A program made the position numbers and the translations under genes. Below the pieces are notes generated by a model. The model worked only from the letters and a program-made list of their open reading frames with translations. It searched no databases and had not been told where the DNA came from. From an uncultured Alistipes sp. (GTDB lineage: Bacteria > Bacteroidota > Bacteroidia > Bacteroidales > Rikenellaceae), in contig CAYJJV010000012.1 of assembly GCA_964370585.1 (NCBI GenBank), positions 1 through 58,440 of the forward strand: a stretch of DNA of 58,440 bases, given 5' to 3'. This document shows, one piece after another, positions 9,576 through 20,046 of this stretch (the stretch's first letter is position 1; every line of letters starts with the position of its first letter).

Positions 9576-10292
9576 ATGCTACATAATAGGAGTATTGTCA
9601 CAGCAGCGCTGCTCATCTCGGTGGGCATCGCTGCTTTGGGGCTCTTTATCAAGGGTGGTATTGAGCACTTTCGTGATTCGGAGCGCACGGTTGTAGTTAA
9701 GGGGTTGTCGGAGCGCCGTGTGGAGGCTAATAACGTCATTTGGCCTTTAAGATATAGCCTTGCAGGGAGTAATTTGGCAGCGTTAAATGCGCAGATGGAG
9801 AGCCGCAACAAGGAGATTTTAAGTTACTTGGCGAAATATAGTATCCCTGCCGATGATATTTCGGTTGCTTTGCCATCGATTTTTGATGCCTATACAGATA
9901 GGTATGCTGATAGGAGCAAGATTGCAGCACGCTACAACCTCACTGCAACTATCACCGTGTCGAGTGGCAATGTTGCGGCTGTGCGTAAGGCTATTGGTGG
10001 GATTACCGAGCTTCTGAGCAAGGGTTTGGCGATTAGTTCGGATATGTATGGTGAATCTCAGGTGCAGTTTTCATACAGCTCACTTAATGATATTAAACCT
10101 GAGATGATTGAGGAGGCGACAAAGAGCGCACGAGCAGCGGCTGAGAAGTTCGCCACCGATTCAGAGAGCGAATTAGGTAAGATTAAGTATGCCAATCAAG
10201 GGCAGTTTACAATCTCCACTCCCGATGCTAATGCGCCGCATATCAAGATGGTACGTGTCGTGACAACGGTTAATTATTATCTACGAGATTAA
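9576..10292 (+). CDS. SIMPL (DUF541) domain periplasmic protein
   Basis: N-terminal TM, 'VVVKGLSER', 'IKPEMIEEATKSARAAAEKFA', 'KMVRVVTTVNYYL'. Confidence 0.85.
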   Translation: MLHNRSIVTAALLISVGIAALGLFIKGGIEHFRDSERTVVVKGLSERRVEANNVIWPLRYSLAGSNLAALNAQMESRNKEILSYLAKYSIPADDISVALPSIFDAYTDRYADRSKIAARYNLTATITVSSGNVAAVRKAIGGITELLSKGLAISSDMYGESQVQFSYSSLNDIKPEMIEEATKSARAAAEKFATDSESELGKIKYANQGQFTISTPDANAPHIKMVRVVTTVNYYLRD

Positions 10293-10296
10293 AAAA

Positions 10297-10447
10297 AGTG
10301 TGCCTAACAGGTGCTAATTTAATATATAACGATAGAACGTCATTGCGGGCTTGACCCGCAATCTATTGATTTTTAATGATATTTTGAATCAAGTTCAGAA
10401 TGACACATCATTGGCAAAATGCAAATTTAAAACTTGTTATTCACGCT
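10297..10447. mobile_element. Degenerate MITE-like element containing a CGTC-type REP pair
   Basis: Imperfect terminal IRs AGTGTGCCTAACAGGT / ACTTGTTATTCACGCT (12/16 match); internal CGTCATTGCGGGCTTGACCCGCAATCT (10338-10364) and TTGAATCAAGTTCAGAATGAC. Confidence 0.5.
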
Positions 10448-11135
10448 ATTTTACTCGTATAACGCTCAATCCATCACGCAGGGGCAGGATAAAGTTCTCA
10501 ACACGAGGGTCATTGACCACCATAAAATTGAAATCGACCAAATCTTGCGTGTGACGATCGTTGCGGGCGATTGGCTCTACGACCTTGCCCGACCATAGGA
10601 TATTGTCGGCAATGAGTATCGAGCCGCTATGAACAAGGGGCTTTGTGCCGTTTGTGCCGTTTGTGCTGTTTGCGCTCTCGCACTCTGCACCACTATCCCC
10701 CATCAACATCTTGTAGTAGGCGGTGTACTCACGCTTGTCGCCATCGATAAAGACCAAATCAAAGGTTGTGTTGAGCGTTGGCGCAATATCAAGTGCTGAA
10801 CCAATGTGCAGTTTTATCCTATCGCTAAAGTCACAACGTTCGAAAAATGAGGTAGATATATCCTCCAATTCATCATCTACTTCAACTGTATGTAGCACAG
10901 CTCCATCCTCCAACCCTTCGGCTATGCAGAGCGCTGAGTAGCCTGTGAATGTGCCAATTTCCAACACACTTTTTGGGCGCAACATACGCACCAACATATA
11001 TAAAAGTCGCCCTTGAGTATGTCCTGAGACCATTCGGGGTTGAATGACGCTGAGATTTGTTGTGCGTGTTAGCTCACGCAGAAGATCCGACTCGGGTGAT
11101 GAGTTCTCGATGATATATCTATCTAATGCCTCCAT
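10446..11135 (-). CDS. SAM-dependent O-methyltransferase (Methyltransf_3 family)
   Basis: 'VLEIGTFTGYS', 'FDLVFIDGDK', 'ADNILWSG'. Confidence 0.9.
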   Translation of the reverse strand: MEALDRYIIENSSPESDLLRELTRTTNLSVIQPRMVSGHTQGRLLYMLVRMLRPKSVLEIGTFTGYSALCIAEGLEDGAVLHTVEVDDELEDISTSFFERCDFSDRIKLHIGSALDIAPTLNTTFDLVFIDGDKREYTAYYKMLMGDSGAECESANSTNGTNGTKPLVHSGSILIADNILWSGKVVEPIARNDRHTQDLVDFNFMVVNDPRVENFILPLRDGLSVIRVK

Positions 11136-11137
11136 AC

Positions 11138-12352
11138 CTATTTATATAGTAGTTGTGATTTGTGTGCAAATAGCTCCTCTGCAACTTCGGTTAGCTCGGT
11201 GGCTTTGAGTGCAGAGATTTTTGCGAATACCTGCTCCATTGTATCGACTTCGGAGTGGATGAGTAGGCTCTTGCCCGCACCCAACATATAGCTCTCGTTG
11301 TTAGCAGACGAAATGGCTAATTGTGCGATAAATTGCTTCTTGGCTGTGGCCAAATGGCGTGGTGTAACCTCTGCTTTAGATAACTTGTGTAACTCTTTGT
11401 TAATTAGTTCGATACACCGCTCAGCATTACTCTTGTCAGAGCTAAAATATATGGCCGCCACACCACTATCGATATAGGGCGTGTAGTTGGCTTCGGTGGT
11501 GTATGATAGCCCATATTTCTCCCTTAAAACTCGGTTTAGAATCGAGTTTGAGGATGGACCACCCAAGATATTTATAAGCAAAGCCAGCGGCAGTCGCTTA
11601 TGCTCCAAGATGCCGTAAGCGGGCATTCCGATGATACAGTGCGCCTGATGTGTGCCCTTTGATGCTGTGACAGAGAATGGCGCAACGCCCTTAGGCGCTA
11701 CCCTACTGAATTGTCGCTCGGAGGGTTCGATGTCGGCAAAATATTGTGTTGCGATGGTTTGGGCGGTGCGATTCGAGAAGTTGCCGATGGATGAAAAGAC
11801 CATCTGATCGGTGGTGTAGGTGCGATTAGTGAATTTACGTATGGCGTTGCCATTGAATTTTGCCAACGTCTTTTTGTAGCCCAAAATATTGTGTCCCAAC
11901 TCTGAACCGCCAAAAAGCATATCCTCAAAATTGTCATATATAAGTTCGGCTGGAGAGTCCTTATAGGTGTTAATTTCGTCGAAGATAATCTCCTTTTCAC
12001 GCTCCAGCTCGTGCTCGGGGAAGGTCGATGAGAAGACAACATCGGCAATCAACTCCACCGCCTTGCGGTAGTCGCTACGCAGTGTTGTGGCGTGGATTGT
12101 TGTATCCTCCTTAGTTGTGAAGGCGTTGAGTTCGCCGCCGTGCCGCTCTAAACGACAATTCACCTGCCACGCCTTGCGGTGCGTGGTCCCCTTGAAGAGT
12201 GCGTGCTCGGTGAAGTGCGCCAAGCCAAATTCTGGGCTTTGCTCGTCACGACTGCCTGCCCCAATGCACAAGGCGCAGTGGGCAACATTGCTTCGCACTT
12301 GGCGGTGTATGCCTCTAATTCCGTTGGGTAGTTGGTATGTGTAAAACTCCAT
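11138..12352 (-). CDS. M16B family zinc peptidase
   Basis: HxxEH 'LAHFTEHALFKGT', 'LNAFT', 'LREKYGLSY'. Confidence 0.92.
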   Translation of the reverse strand: MEFYTYQLPNGIRGIHRQVRSNVAHCALCIGAGSRDEQSPEFGLAHFTEHALFKGTTHRKAWQVNCRLERHGGELNAFTTKEDTTIHATTLRSDYRKAVELIADVVFSSTFPEHELEREKEIIFDEINTYKDSPAELIYDNFEDMLFGGSELGHNILGYKKTLAKFNGNAIRKFTNRTYTTDQMVFSSIGNFSNRTAQTIATQYFADIEPSERQFSRVAPKGVAPFSVTASKGTHQAHCIIGMPAYGILEHKRLPLALLINILGGPSSNSILNRVLREKYGLSYTTEANYTPYIDSGVAAIYFSSDKSNAERCIELINKELHKLSKAEVTPRHLATAKKQFIAQLAISSANNESYMLGAGKSLLIHSEVDTMEQVFAKISALKATELTEVAEELFAHKSQLLYK

Positions 12353-12361
12353 TATACTCTC

Positions 12362-15142
12362 TTATAGCTTGGTTCGTAGCTCTAAATATCTGCCCGTATG
12401 GCTCTCTTTGCAGTGGACAATATCGGTTGGTAGCCCCTCGAATACCACCCTACCGCCATCTGTGCCAGCCTCTGGACCTAAGTCGATAATCCAATCGGCA
12501 CACTTGATAATATCCATATTGTGCTCGATGATGACTATCGTGTGTCCCTTCTCGATAAGGGCGTTGAAGGCCTTTAGCAGGCGTGAAATGTCGTGAAAAT
12601 GGAGCCCAGTTGTAGGTTCATCGAAGATAAACATAATCTCTCCCTGCTCCCTATCCTTTGCCAAAAATGAGGCCAATTTAACACGTTGCGACTCGCCACC
12701 CGAGAGCGTGGAGGATGATTGCCCCAACTTAATATAGCCCAAACCGACATCCTGCAGGGGTTTTAGGCGCTCTGCAATGCGACGTGCGGTGCTGTTTTTG
12801 GTATCTGTGCTGAAGAAATCGATGGCGTCATCGATTGTCATCTCCAAGAGATCGTGTATCGACTTGCCGTTGTATTTTATATCCAAAACCTCATCTTTGA
12901 ATCGCTTGCCAGAGCAAACCTCGCAGACGAGCTCCACATCGGCCATAAACTGCATACTAACCTTGATTGTTCCCTCGCCTTGACACTCCTCACAGCGCCC
13001 TCCAGCGATGTTGAACGAGAATGAAGATGGGGTCAAGCCGTTGTGTTGCGCCTGCGGCTGGTCGGCATATAATTTGCGAATTTCGTCATACGCCTTGATG
13101 TAGGTGACTGGGTTCGAACGTGACGACTTGCCGATTGGATTTTGGTCAATCATCTCGACAGATGCCAGCGCACTGACATCGCCCGAAAGGGAGTCGAAGT
13201 CACCCGGCTTGATGCCCGTTTCGTACAACATTCGGCGCACGGCTGGGTATAGAATCCCACGTATGAGGGTCGATTTACCACTGCCGCTAACGCCCGTTAT
13301 GCAACTCATAGCATTGAGGGGGATTTGGGTTGTGATGTTTTGCAGATTATTCTCACGTGCCCCATTTATCGTTATCGAGCGTTGCCAATGCCTATGTGAG
13401 GTGGGTGTCGCAATCTCACGGCGGTGGGTCAAGTAGTCGGCCGTAAGGCTTTTAGTACTCTTTAGGAGTTCATCGAAAGTGCCACTAAAGACCACCTCGC
13501 CACCATTCTGCCCCGCTCTGGGGCCAATGTCGATAATCCAGTCGGCAGCACGAATAACCTCCTCCTCGTGCTCGACAACTATGACGGTGTTGCCCAAATC
13601 TCGCAACTGCTTTAAAACCTTGATAAGGCGGTTTGTGTCACGTGGATGCAAACCAATCGAGGGCTCATCCAATATATATAGCGACCCCGTGAGGTTGCTG
13701 CCCAGCGATGTTGAGAGGTTGATGCGCTGCGACTCGCCACCCGAAAGTGTGGATGAGAGTCTATCCAAAGTGAGGTATCCAAGTCCCACATCGGATAGAT
13801 ACTGCAGGCGGTTGTCAATCTCTAAAAGTATGCGCTGGCCGCTCTTTGAGGCGTATTCATCTAACTTTAACGACTTGAAGAATGGCATCAAATCATCCAC
13901 CGACATCGCCACAATATCGGCTATCGTGCGCCCGCCAACACGAACATACAGCGCCTCACGCCTTAGGCGACTACCTCCACACTCGGGGCAGGTGGTCTTG
14001 CCCGTATAGCGTGCCTTCATTACACGGAACTGAATTTTGCGGCGCTCTGTGTCGATATATTTGAAGAAGTCATCCAGCCCCTTAAAGTACTCATTGCCAC
14101 GCCAAAGGAGTTGTTTCTGCTCCTTTGTTAGGGCGTAAAATGGGGTGTGTATCGGAAAATCAAACTTGTAGGCACTCTCGACAAGGCGCTGTTTCCACGC
14201 ACGCATCGTCTCGCCACGCCAGCAGGCGATAGCATCCTCATAGATGGTACGTCGCTTGTCGGGGATGACCAGATCCTCGTCAATGCCCACAACCTTGCCA
14301 TAACCCTCGCATCGAGGGCAGGCGCCCAACGGATTGTTGAAGCTAAATAGGTGCTCTGTAGGGTGCTCGAATGTTATGCCATCCGCCTCAAATCGTGACG
14401 AGAAAGATTGCTCGCCACTCTCGGTGATGACTCTGCAGACCCCATCGCCATAGCCAAAGGCACGTGCTACGGAGTCACGAATACGAGTCAAAGCATCCTC
14501 ATCATCCGATACACGAAAGCGGTCGATGATGATTTGGATGCTCTCATCTGTTGTGTTGTCGTCTATTTTTGGTATAAAGTCCTCGATTAGAACGCTCTGA
14601 GAATCAACATATAGGCGCATTATACCCTCACTAAGTAGAAGGGTCAATCTCTCGATTATGCCCTGCTCAGAACCAAGAATTAGAGGCGCTGTGATGATTG
14701 TACGTTCGCCCTTGTGGCGGGTGATATGCTCGGCAACATCATCGACACTGTAACAGTGTACCTTATTACCCGAAACGGGCGAAAAGGTCTCGCCAATGCG
14801 TGCAAATAGGAGTTTTAGATAGTCATAAATCTCGGTCGAGGTGCCCACTGTCGAGCGTGGATTGCGTGTATTGACCCTCTGCTCGATGGCGATGGCTGGA
14901 GCTATACCCTCTATAATATCGACATCGGGTTTGTTGATTTTGCCCAAGAATTGGCGTGCATAGGCCGACAGCGACTCCACATAGCGGCGCTGCCCTTCGG
15001 CAAAGATGGTGTCGAAGGCGAGGGTTGATTTTCCTGAACCCGATAATCCAGTGATTACAACCAACTTATCGTGCGGTATCTCAACCTCTACATTACGTAG
15101 ATTATGTACCCTTGCCCCCTTTATATATATCGAATTTTTCAT
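12362..15142 (-). CDS. uvrA: Excinuclease ABC subunit A
   Basis: Two Walker A motifs ([16 protein letters not shown]), two LSGGE signatures, zinc fingers, 'DEPSIGLH'. Confidence 0.97.
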   Translation of the reverse strand: MKNSIYIKGARVHNLRNVEVEIPHDKLVVITGLSGSGKSTLAFDTIFAEGQRRYVESLSAYARQFLGKINKPDVDIIEGIAPAIAIEQRVNTRNPRSTVGTSTEIYDYLKLLFARIGETFSPVSGNKVHCYSVDDVAEHITRHKGERTIITAPLILGSEQGIIERLTLLLSEGIMRLYVDSQSVLIEDFIPKIDDNTTDESIQIIIDRFRVSDDEDALTRIRDSVARAFGYGDGVCRVITESGEQSFSSRFEADGITFEHPTEHLFSFNNPLGACPRCEGYGKVVGIDEDLVIPDKRRTIYEDAIACWRGETMRAWKQRLVESAYKFDFPIHTPFYALTKEQKQLLWRGNEYFKGLDDFFKYIDTERRKIQFRVMKARYTGKTTCPECGGSRLRREALYVRVGGRTIADIVAMSVDDLMPFFKSLKLDEYASKSGQRILLEIDNRLQYLSDVGLGYLTLDRLSSTLSGGESQRINLSTSLGSNLTGSLYILDEPSIGLHPRDTNRLIKVLKQLRDLGNTVIVVEHEEEVIRAADWIIDIGPRAGQNGGEVVFSGTFDELLKSTKSLTADYLTHRREIATPTSHRHWQRSITINGARENNLQNITTQIPLNAMSCITGVSGSGKSTLIRGILYPAVRRMLYETGIKPGDFDSLSGDVSALASVEMIDQNPIGKSSRSNPVTYIKAYDEIRKLYADQPQAQHNGLTPSSFSFNIAGGRCEECQGEGTIKVSMQFMADVELVCEVCSGKRFKDEVLDIKYNGKSIHDLLEMTIDDAIDFFSTDTKNSTARRIAERLKPLQDVGLGYIKLGQSSSTLSGGESQRVKLASFLAKDREQGEIMFIFDEPTTGLHFHDISRLLKAFNALIEKGHTIVIIEHNMDIIKCADWIIDLGPEAGTDGGRVVFEGLPTDIVHCKESHTGRYLELRTKL

Positions 15143-15150
15143 CTTAAGCG

Positions 15151-15750
15151 TTAATTTTTTTCGATTATCGCCCCCGCCTTCTCCAACCTCTCGGTCAGCT
15201 CATCGGCAAGGCTCTCACGAATAGATAGTTGCATCGTGCAGAGGTTGTCAAAGCATTGGTTTATGATGTTTGGTTGCATCAACTTAACCACCTTCATTAT
15301 ATCATTCATTGTGATGTAGGAAAACTGTATATTGACACTCCTATCGACAGTTAGCTCAATGATTTTAGCCTCGTTAAGCGCTTCGGCAGCCGCCTCACGG
15401 TATGCAGCAATAAGCCCCGAAACCCCTAACTTGGTACCCCCAAAGTAGCGTATTACAACAATCAGGCAGTTTGTCACTTCGATAGATAGCATCTGCCCTA
15501 AAATCGGCTTGCCTGCCGTGCCTGAAGGCTCGCCATCGTCGTTGGAGCGTGATAGCTCCCCTGCCGACCCCAAACGCCACGCATAGCAGTGGTGTGTAGC
15601 GTCGTAGTATTGCCTGCGCAGGGCATCTAAGTGCGCTGAAATCTCCTCTTCACACTGCACAGGGTAGGCATAGCAGAGGAATTTACTGCTACGCTCACGC
15701 ATCGAAATCTCGACAGCGCTGGCAATGGTAAAGAAGCTATCCGATGCCAC
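15151..15750 (-). CDS. yigZ: YigZ/IMPACT family protein
   Basis: 'ATHHCYAW', '[14 protein letters not shown]', 'RYFGGTKLG'. Confidence 0.92.
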   Translation of the reverse strand: MASDSFFTIASAVEISMRERSSKFLCYAYPVQCEEEISAHLDALRRQYYDATHHCYAWRLGSAGELSRSNDDGEPSGTAGKPILGQMLSIEVTNCLIVVIRYFGGTKLGVSGLIAAYREAAAEALNEAKIIELTVDRSVNIQFSYITMNDIMKVVKLMQPNIINQCFDNLCTMQLSIRESLADELTERLEKAGAIIEKN

Positions 15751-17102
15751 TATTTGGGGCTTGAGAAGATTCTATCCCAGCGGATGTTTGATGGGAAACT
15801 CTTGTTGCCATCAAGCGATAGACAGATAAATAGTGGCGTACCAACTATATGGTCTTCAGGTACAAAGCCCCAAAAACGTGAATCTGCCGAGTTGTGACGA
15901 TTATCGCCCATCATCCAGTAGTAGTCCATCGCAAAGGTGTACTCCTGCGCTGGATTGCCGTCGATTAAAATCGTTTCGCCATCAACTGCGAGCGTATGCC
16001 CCTCGTAGACCTCAATAATGCGACGATATAGCGGTAGGTTTTCAGTTGTAAGCGTCACTGTTACACCCTTTTGAGGTATCCAGATAGGCCCATAGTTATC
16101 TTGGCTCCACTTAGCTTCGCTCCATTGAGGAAACACAGCTGTGTTGGGGGCATTGACGTGACGGCGCACCGAGACAACGCTATCCATCTTACGTAGCTTT
16201 TCAGCTGTTTGGCCAGAGATGAACATCGAGTAGTTAGAGCCGTTGCCGCTAATCTCACTAATACCCAATTTATCGATTGTGTATTGACTTATTGGCGATA
16301 CGGTCTGCACCAAATATAGATATTGAATCCCCTCAATCGCCTTTTGTGGCTCGCCATTGACTATCACAACACCATCTTTAATCAGCAGTGAGTCGCCTGC
16401 AATGGCTACGGCACGCTTGATATAGTTGTCACGCTTATCGACTGGGCGACTAACTATTGTAGCCTCATTTTCAAGGCGTTTGCGCCCCTCTTTTTCGCCG
16501 TATTGCGTTTGATAATCCCTCAAAACATCGTAGTAGGTCACGGCGGGGTTCTCCAAAATCACGGTGTCGCCAGCCGGGAAGTTAAAGACCACCATATCGT
16601 CACGCTCAACACCTCGAAGACCCGCCAAGCGCTTGTAACCCCACTCGACAGCCTCGCTGAAGGATTTGCTTGTCGTTGAAAATGGCATCGTATTGTGCAC
16701 AAACGGAAAGGCTATCGGGGTGTTGGGCATCTTGGGGCCATAAGATAACTTACTGACATAGAGGTAGTCGCCAACGAGCAGTGTCCCCTCCATCGAGGAT
16801 GTTGGGATGACATACATCTGAAAAACATAGAGGTGGACGATTGATGCCACGACAGTTGCGAATACGATGGCATTAATCCACTCATAAAGAGCCTTATAGC
16901 TCTTGCTCTGCTGGCACCAACGCTCATTGTGACTCATAATATAGCGGTGCATCAAGCGTGATATATATATATCATATATGATTGGCAGACCTAAGAGCAT
17001 CCATAGGCTCTCTGTCCAGACCACAAACCATAGTATATATAGTATCGATGCGGCGATGAAACCGAACCATTTGTTTTTTAGTATTGCTTTGATTTTATTC
17101 AT
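15750..17102 (-). CDS. lepB: Signal peptidase I
   Basis: 'IPTSSMEGTL' (Ser), 'YIKRAVA' (Lys), 'GDNRHNSADSR'. Confidence 0.95.
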   Translation of the reverse strand: MNKIKAILKNKWFGFIAASILYILWFVVWTESLWMLLGLPIIYDIYISRLMHRYIMSHNERWCQQSKSYKALYEWINAIVFATVVASIVHLYVFQMYVIPTSSMEGTLLVGDYLYVSKLSYGPKMPNTPIAFPFVHNTMPFSTTSKSFSEAVEWGYKRLAGLRGVERDDMVVFNFPAGDTVILENPAVTYYDVLRDYQTQYGEKEGRKRLENEATIVSRPVDKRDNYIKRAVAIAGDSLLIKDGVVIVNGEPQKAIEGIQYLYLVQTVSPISQYTIDKLGISEISGNGSNYSMFISGQTAEKLRKMDSVVSVRRHVNAPNTAVFPQWSEAKWSQDNYGPIWIPQKGVTVTLTTENLPLYRRIIEVYEGHTLAVDGETILIDGNPAQEYTFAMDYYWMMGDNRHNSADSRFWGFVPEDHIVGTPLFICLSLDGNKSFPSNIRWDRIFSSPK

Positions 17103-17125
17103 ATTAAGTGTGTTTATTTAAATCT

Positions 17126-17881
17126 TTAGTTCAATAGGTCATCCATAGTATAAAAGCCAACTTTGCCACACAAAAATTCGGCCGCAACTACAGCTCCAAG
17201 CGCCAATGTGCGACGATTTTTGATGGTGTGGCTGATTGTGAGCGAATCATCCACCGCTTCGTATTTAACGGTATGTATGCCAACGATATTGCCTTCACGT
17301 TTGGACTCGATAACGAGTTTATTGGCTGCTGCATCCTCAATCTGAGAGATGCGATTTTGCGCTTCAGAGAGCTCTGGAGCATAGTTTACCCACGCATTTT
17401 TTGTTGTGAGCGATGATAGCACCCCTTCAGCAAGAGTGATGGCTGTGCCACTTGGCGAGTCGATTTTTTGGGTGTGGTGCACCTCCTCGATTGCGACTTC
17501 ATACCCCCCAACACGCTCAACCATAGCGGCTAATTGGCGGTTGAGCCTAAAGAGTAGGTTTACACCCAAACTATAGTTCGAGGCGTAGAATAGCGCTCCG
17601 CCCTTCTCTTCGGCAAATTGCTTGATATACTCCAATCTATCGCCCCAACCCGTTGTACCACTGACAGTTGCAATGCCACACTCGATGAGTGTATGTATAT
17701 TCTCATAGGCGGCTGAGGGTGCTGTGAACTCAATCGCCACATCAATGCCTTGCAGGCTCTCCTTGCAGAGCTTGTCGCTCTCGCCCGCATCGACTATGAG
17801 TGCCACCTCGTGTCCACGCTCCAAAAGGATGCGCTCCACCTCACGCCCCATCTTGCCATAACCAATAATTGCAACTCTCAT
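17126..17881 (-). CDS. dapB: 4-hydroxy-tetrahydrodipicolinate reductase
   Basis: Start MRVAIIGYGKMG at 17881; 'EVHHTQKIDSPSGTA'; TATCTTTG element at 17910-17917. Confidence 0.95.
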   Translation of the reverse strand: MRVAIIGYGKMGREVERILLERGHEVALIVDAGESDKLCKESLQGIDVAIEFTAPSAAYENIHTLIECGIATVSGTTGWGDRLEYIKQFAEEKGGALFYASNYSLGVNLLFRLNRQLAAMVERVGGYEVAIEEVHHTQKIDSPSGTAITLAEGVLSSLTTKNAWVNYAPELSEAQNRISQIEDAAANKLVIESKREGNIVGIHTVKYEAVDDSLTISHTIKNRRTLALGAVVAAEFLCGKVGFYTMDDLLN

Positions 17882-17997
17882 ACTTGCCTTAAATTTTACT
17901 ATTTTCACGCAAAGATACAAATTTATTAGTTGAATTTGGTAGAAATTATAGTTGAAAAGTGTTTTTTTCGTATCTTCGCAGAGTTATAAAGTGTGAT

Positions 17998-18759
17998 ATG
18001 AGATATTTTGTATACCTTAAATATAATGGTGCGCCATATAATGGGTGGCAACGTCAAGTTGATGCCCCCACCATTCAGGAGTGCTTGGAGAGGGCACTCT
18101 CTACTCTATTGCGCACCGAAATTGAGGTTGTGGGGGCAGGACGCACCGATACGGGGGTTAATGCATCGTACTATGTGGCGCACTTTGATGCTCCCTCGCT
18201 GACGATGTCTGAAGAGCAGACTGTCTATAAGCTCAACGCTATTTTGGGGCGTGATATTGCAGTTACACTCATTCGCCAAGTGACGGATGATGCACACGCA
18301 CGATTTGGTGCTAAAATGCGTGAATATCAATACTTTATCGACCCGACAAAAAATCCATTTACGCAATATTTTTCGTGGCAGTGTCACTATAAGTTAGATG
18401 TTGAAGAGATGAATCGAGCAGCTGAAAAGTTGTTGAAGTATGAGGATTTTACCTCGTTTGCCAAGCTCAACTCAAACAATAAGAGCAATATTTGCCACAT
18501 TAGCTATGCACGCTGGGATATTTTGGAGGATGGGAGGTTGCGTTTCACCATTCGTGCCGACAGATTTCTGCGTAATATGGTGCGTGCCATTGTCGGCACA
18601 CTCGTAGATGTGGGGCGTGGGCGATACACACCAGAGCAGTTTGGCGATATTGTCGAGAGTCGTGAGCTCTCACGCTCAAGTGGTGGTGCACCGCCACAAG
18701 GGCTTTTTTTGAGTGATGTTAAGTATGATGATGCTATCTTTGACGATGAGCGTGACTAA
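17998..18759 (+). CDS. truA: tRNA pseudouridine(38-40) synthase
   Basis: Start MRYFVYLKY at 17998; 'GWQRQ', 'AGRTDTGV', 'FLRNMVRAIVG'. Confidence 0.95.
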   Translation: MRYFVYLKYNGAPYNGWQRQVDAPTIQECLERALSTLLRTEIEVVGAGRTDTGVNASYYVAHFDAPSLTMSEEQTVYKLNAILGRDIAVTLIRQVTDDAHARFGAKMREYQYFIDPTKNPFTQYFSWQCHYKLDVEEMNRAAEKLLKYEDFTSFAKLNSNNKSNICHISYARWDILEDGRLRFTIRADRFLRNMVRAIVGTLVDVGRGRYTPEQFGDIVESRELSRSSGGAPPQGLFLSDVKYDDAIFDDERD

Positions 18760-18867
18760 TAAGTCATTTTCGGCACATCCTTTGTCTCCCAAATCCTCAC
18801 ATACGTATAGTATGCTGCGGTTTGTGAGCCTTCACGATGCACCAAAACTAACTCATTATTCACACTC
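18748..18867. mobile_element. ~120-bp fold-back MITE-like element overlapping the truA stop
   Basis: Ends GAGCGTGACTAA / TTATTCACACTC; nested internal arms make the whole element an imperfect palindrome. Confidence 0.55.
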
Positions 18868-18988
18868 TTGCCACAGAGGGTAATCAGCAGAGTTGTTAGT
18901 CGTCCCACCCTGAGATCCCCTCAAGTGCTCTAAGCATCCCAAATACCTCGAATGTTAAGTGCTAATAAATTGTATATGTGTAGATTAG

Positions 18989-20044
18989 CTACCTATTGCC
19001 ATACATCTCATCGTAGTATGAGGCGTAGTCGCCCGATGTGATGTTGTTCATCCACTCTTGATTCTCCAAATACCACTGTACCGTCTTTTCGATGCCCTCC
19101 TCGAACTGTAGTGAGGGCTCCCATCCCAACTCCTCTTTGAGCTTTGTCGAGTCGATGGCGTAGCGTAAATCGTGCCCTGCTCTATCTGTGACGTATGTTA
19201 TTAGTGGCAGTGAGTGACCCTCAGGGTTGCCCAAAAGCCTATCTACTGTCGAAATCATAACCTTGATAAGGTCGATATTGCGCCACTCGTTAAAACCGCC
19301 AATGTTGTAGCTCTCGCCAAGTTTACCCGAGTGGAAAATCGTATCGATAGCTCGTGCGTGGTCTACCACATATAACCAGTCACGCACGTTCTCGCCTTTG
19401 CCATATACGGGGAGAGGTTTTTGGTGGCGTATATTGTTTATAAATAGCGGGATGAGCTTTTCAGGGAATTGATATGGCCCATAGTTATTCGAGCAGTTGG
19501 TGACGATGCAAGGCATTGAATATGTATCGGCAAACGAACGCACGAAGTGATCCGATGCCGCCTTCGATGCCGAGTATGGCGAGTGTGGATCGTATGGGGT
19601 ATCTTCAGTAAAGAAGCCGCCACCCATCTGCAAAGAGCCGTAGACCTCATCGGTTGAGATATGGTAGAATAGTTTACCCTCATAATCCCCTGCCCACTGC
19701 TCTTTTGCCGCCTGCAAAAGTGTGATTGTGCCCATTACATTGGTGCGGGCAAACGAAAATGGATCTTTGATACTCCTATCGACGTGGCTCTCAGCGGCGA
19801 GGTGTATAACGCTGTCGATGTTCTCTTCGGCAAACAACTCACGCATCGCCTCATAATCGCATATATCCCCCTTCACAAAGCGGTAGTTGGGTGCACTCTC
19901 AACATCTCGGATATTGGCGAGATTGCCCGCATAGGTTAATTTATCTAAGTTGATAATGCGGTTGTTGGGGTATTTGTTCACAAATAATCTAACGACGTGG
20001 CTACCAATAAAGCCAGCGCCACCCGTAATCAATATGGTTTTCAT
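18989..20044 (-). CDS. rfbB: dTDP-glucose 4,6-dehydratase
   Basis: 'GGAGFIG', 'AAESHVDRS', 'STDEVYG', 'YSASK'. Confidence 0.97.
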   Translation of the reverse strand: MKTILITGGAGFIGSHVVRLFVNKYPNNRIINLDKLTYAGNLANIRDVESAPNYRFVKGDICDYEAMRELFAEENIDSVIHLAAESHVDRSIKDPFSFARTNVMGTITLLQAAKEQWAGDYEGKLFYHISTDEVYGSLQMGGGFFTEDTPYDPHSPYSASKAASDHFVRSFADTYSMPCIVTNCSNNYGPYQFPEKLIPLFINNIRHQKPLPVYGKGENVRDWLYVVDHARAIDTIFHSGKLGESYNIGGFNEWRNIDLIKVMISTVDRLLGNPEGHSLPLITYVTDRAGHDLRYAIDSTKLKEELGWEPSLQFEEGIEKTVQWYLENQEWMNNITSGDYASYYDEMYGNR

Positions 20045-20046
20045 CT

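Noticed and set aside
10351..10554. 67-aa plus-strand ORF
   Set aside because: Starts inside a REP and is antisense to the methyltransferase
18900..18960. Weak ~9-bp periodicity downstream of rfbB
   Set aside because: Too degenerate to define a repeat unit
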